Positions 63,955 through 64,000 of a stretch of 64,000 nucleotides of DNA are shown here, one piece after another. The translations under genes were made by a program, and so were the position numbers. The stretch covers positions 59,148,001 through 59,212,000 of the forward strand of contig NC_073385.1 of NCBI RefSeq assembly GCF_028641065.1, written 5' to 3'. Below the pieces are notes generated by a model. It was not told the origin of the DNA and searched no databases. It was given only the letters and a program-made list of their open reading frames with translations. The first letter of the stretch is position 1. Every line of letters begins with the position of its first letter. Source of the stretch: Leucoraja erinacea. Lineage: Eukaryota.

Positions 63955-64000
63955 CGTGGATCCTTCCTGCGACTCGTCAAGCGCTCCCCGCCGTCTGCGC
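63955..64000 (-). promoter_or_regulatory. SNAP23: Putative non-coding first exon of SNAP23 (runs off the window), edge of a CpG island
   Basis: CpG-rich end of the window; minus-strand donor CACG|GTGAGA; the first coding exon has an acceptor 14 nt upstream of its ATG. Confidence 0.55.

Overview
Vertebrate genomic DNA. The repeat content and protein sequences point to a cartilaginous fish, probably a skate or ray (inference). Four complete spliced genes can be built by hand with GT-AG junctions and consistent phases: VPS18 (+, 5 exons, 11825-19023, 978 aa), HAUS2 (-, 6 coding exons, 31930-21549, 206 aa), LRRC57 (+, 5 coding exons, 33591-39000, 238 aa) and SNAP23 (-, 7 coding exons, 54583-40695, 210 aa, with a non-coding first exon at the right edge). 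HAUS2 and LRRC57 share a bidirectional CpG-island promoter. The rest is mostly transposon debris: CR1, Rex1/Babar, Tx1-like and Vingi-like LINE fragments, tRNA-SINEs, two solo LTRs and PIF/Harbinger-type elements. The most striking signal is two kinds of small retroelement carrying ribozyme motifs. One is a 151-bp non-tRNA element with a compact HDV-like fold exactly at its 5' end and a 3' end shared with a Vingi-like LINE in the same window. The other is a family of about 15-20 Penelope-derived elements with a minimal hammerhead motif (CTGAAGA-stem II-GAAACGTY), seen as about 90-420-bp TSD-flanked insertions and fold-backs, one inside the bidirectional promoter. Ribozyme activity is inferred from the sequence, not shown.
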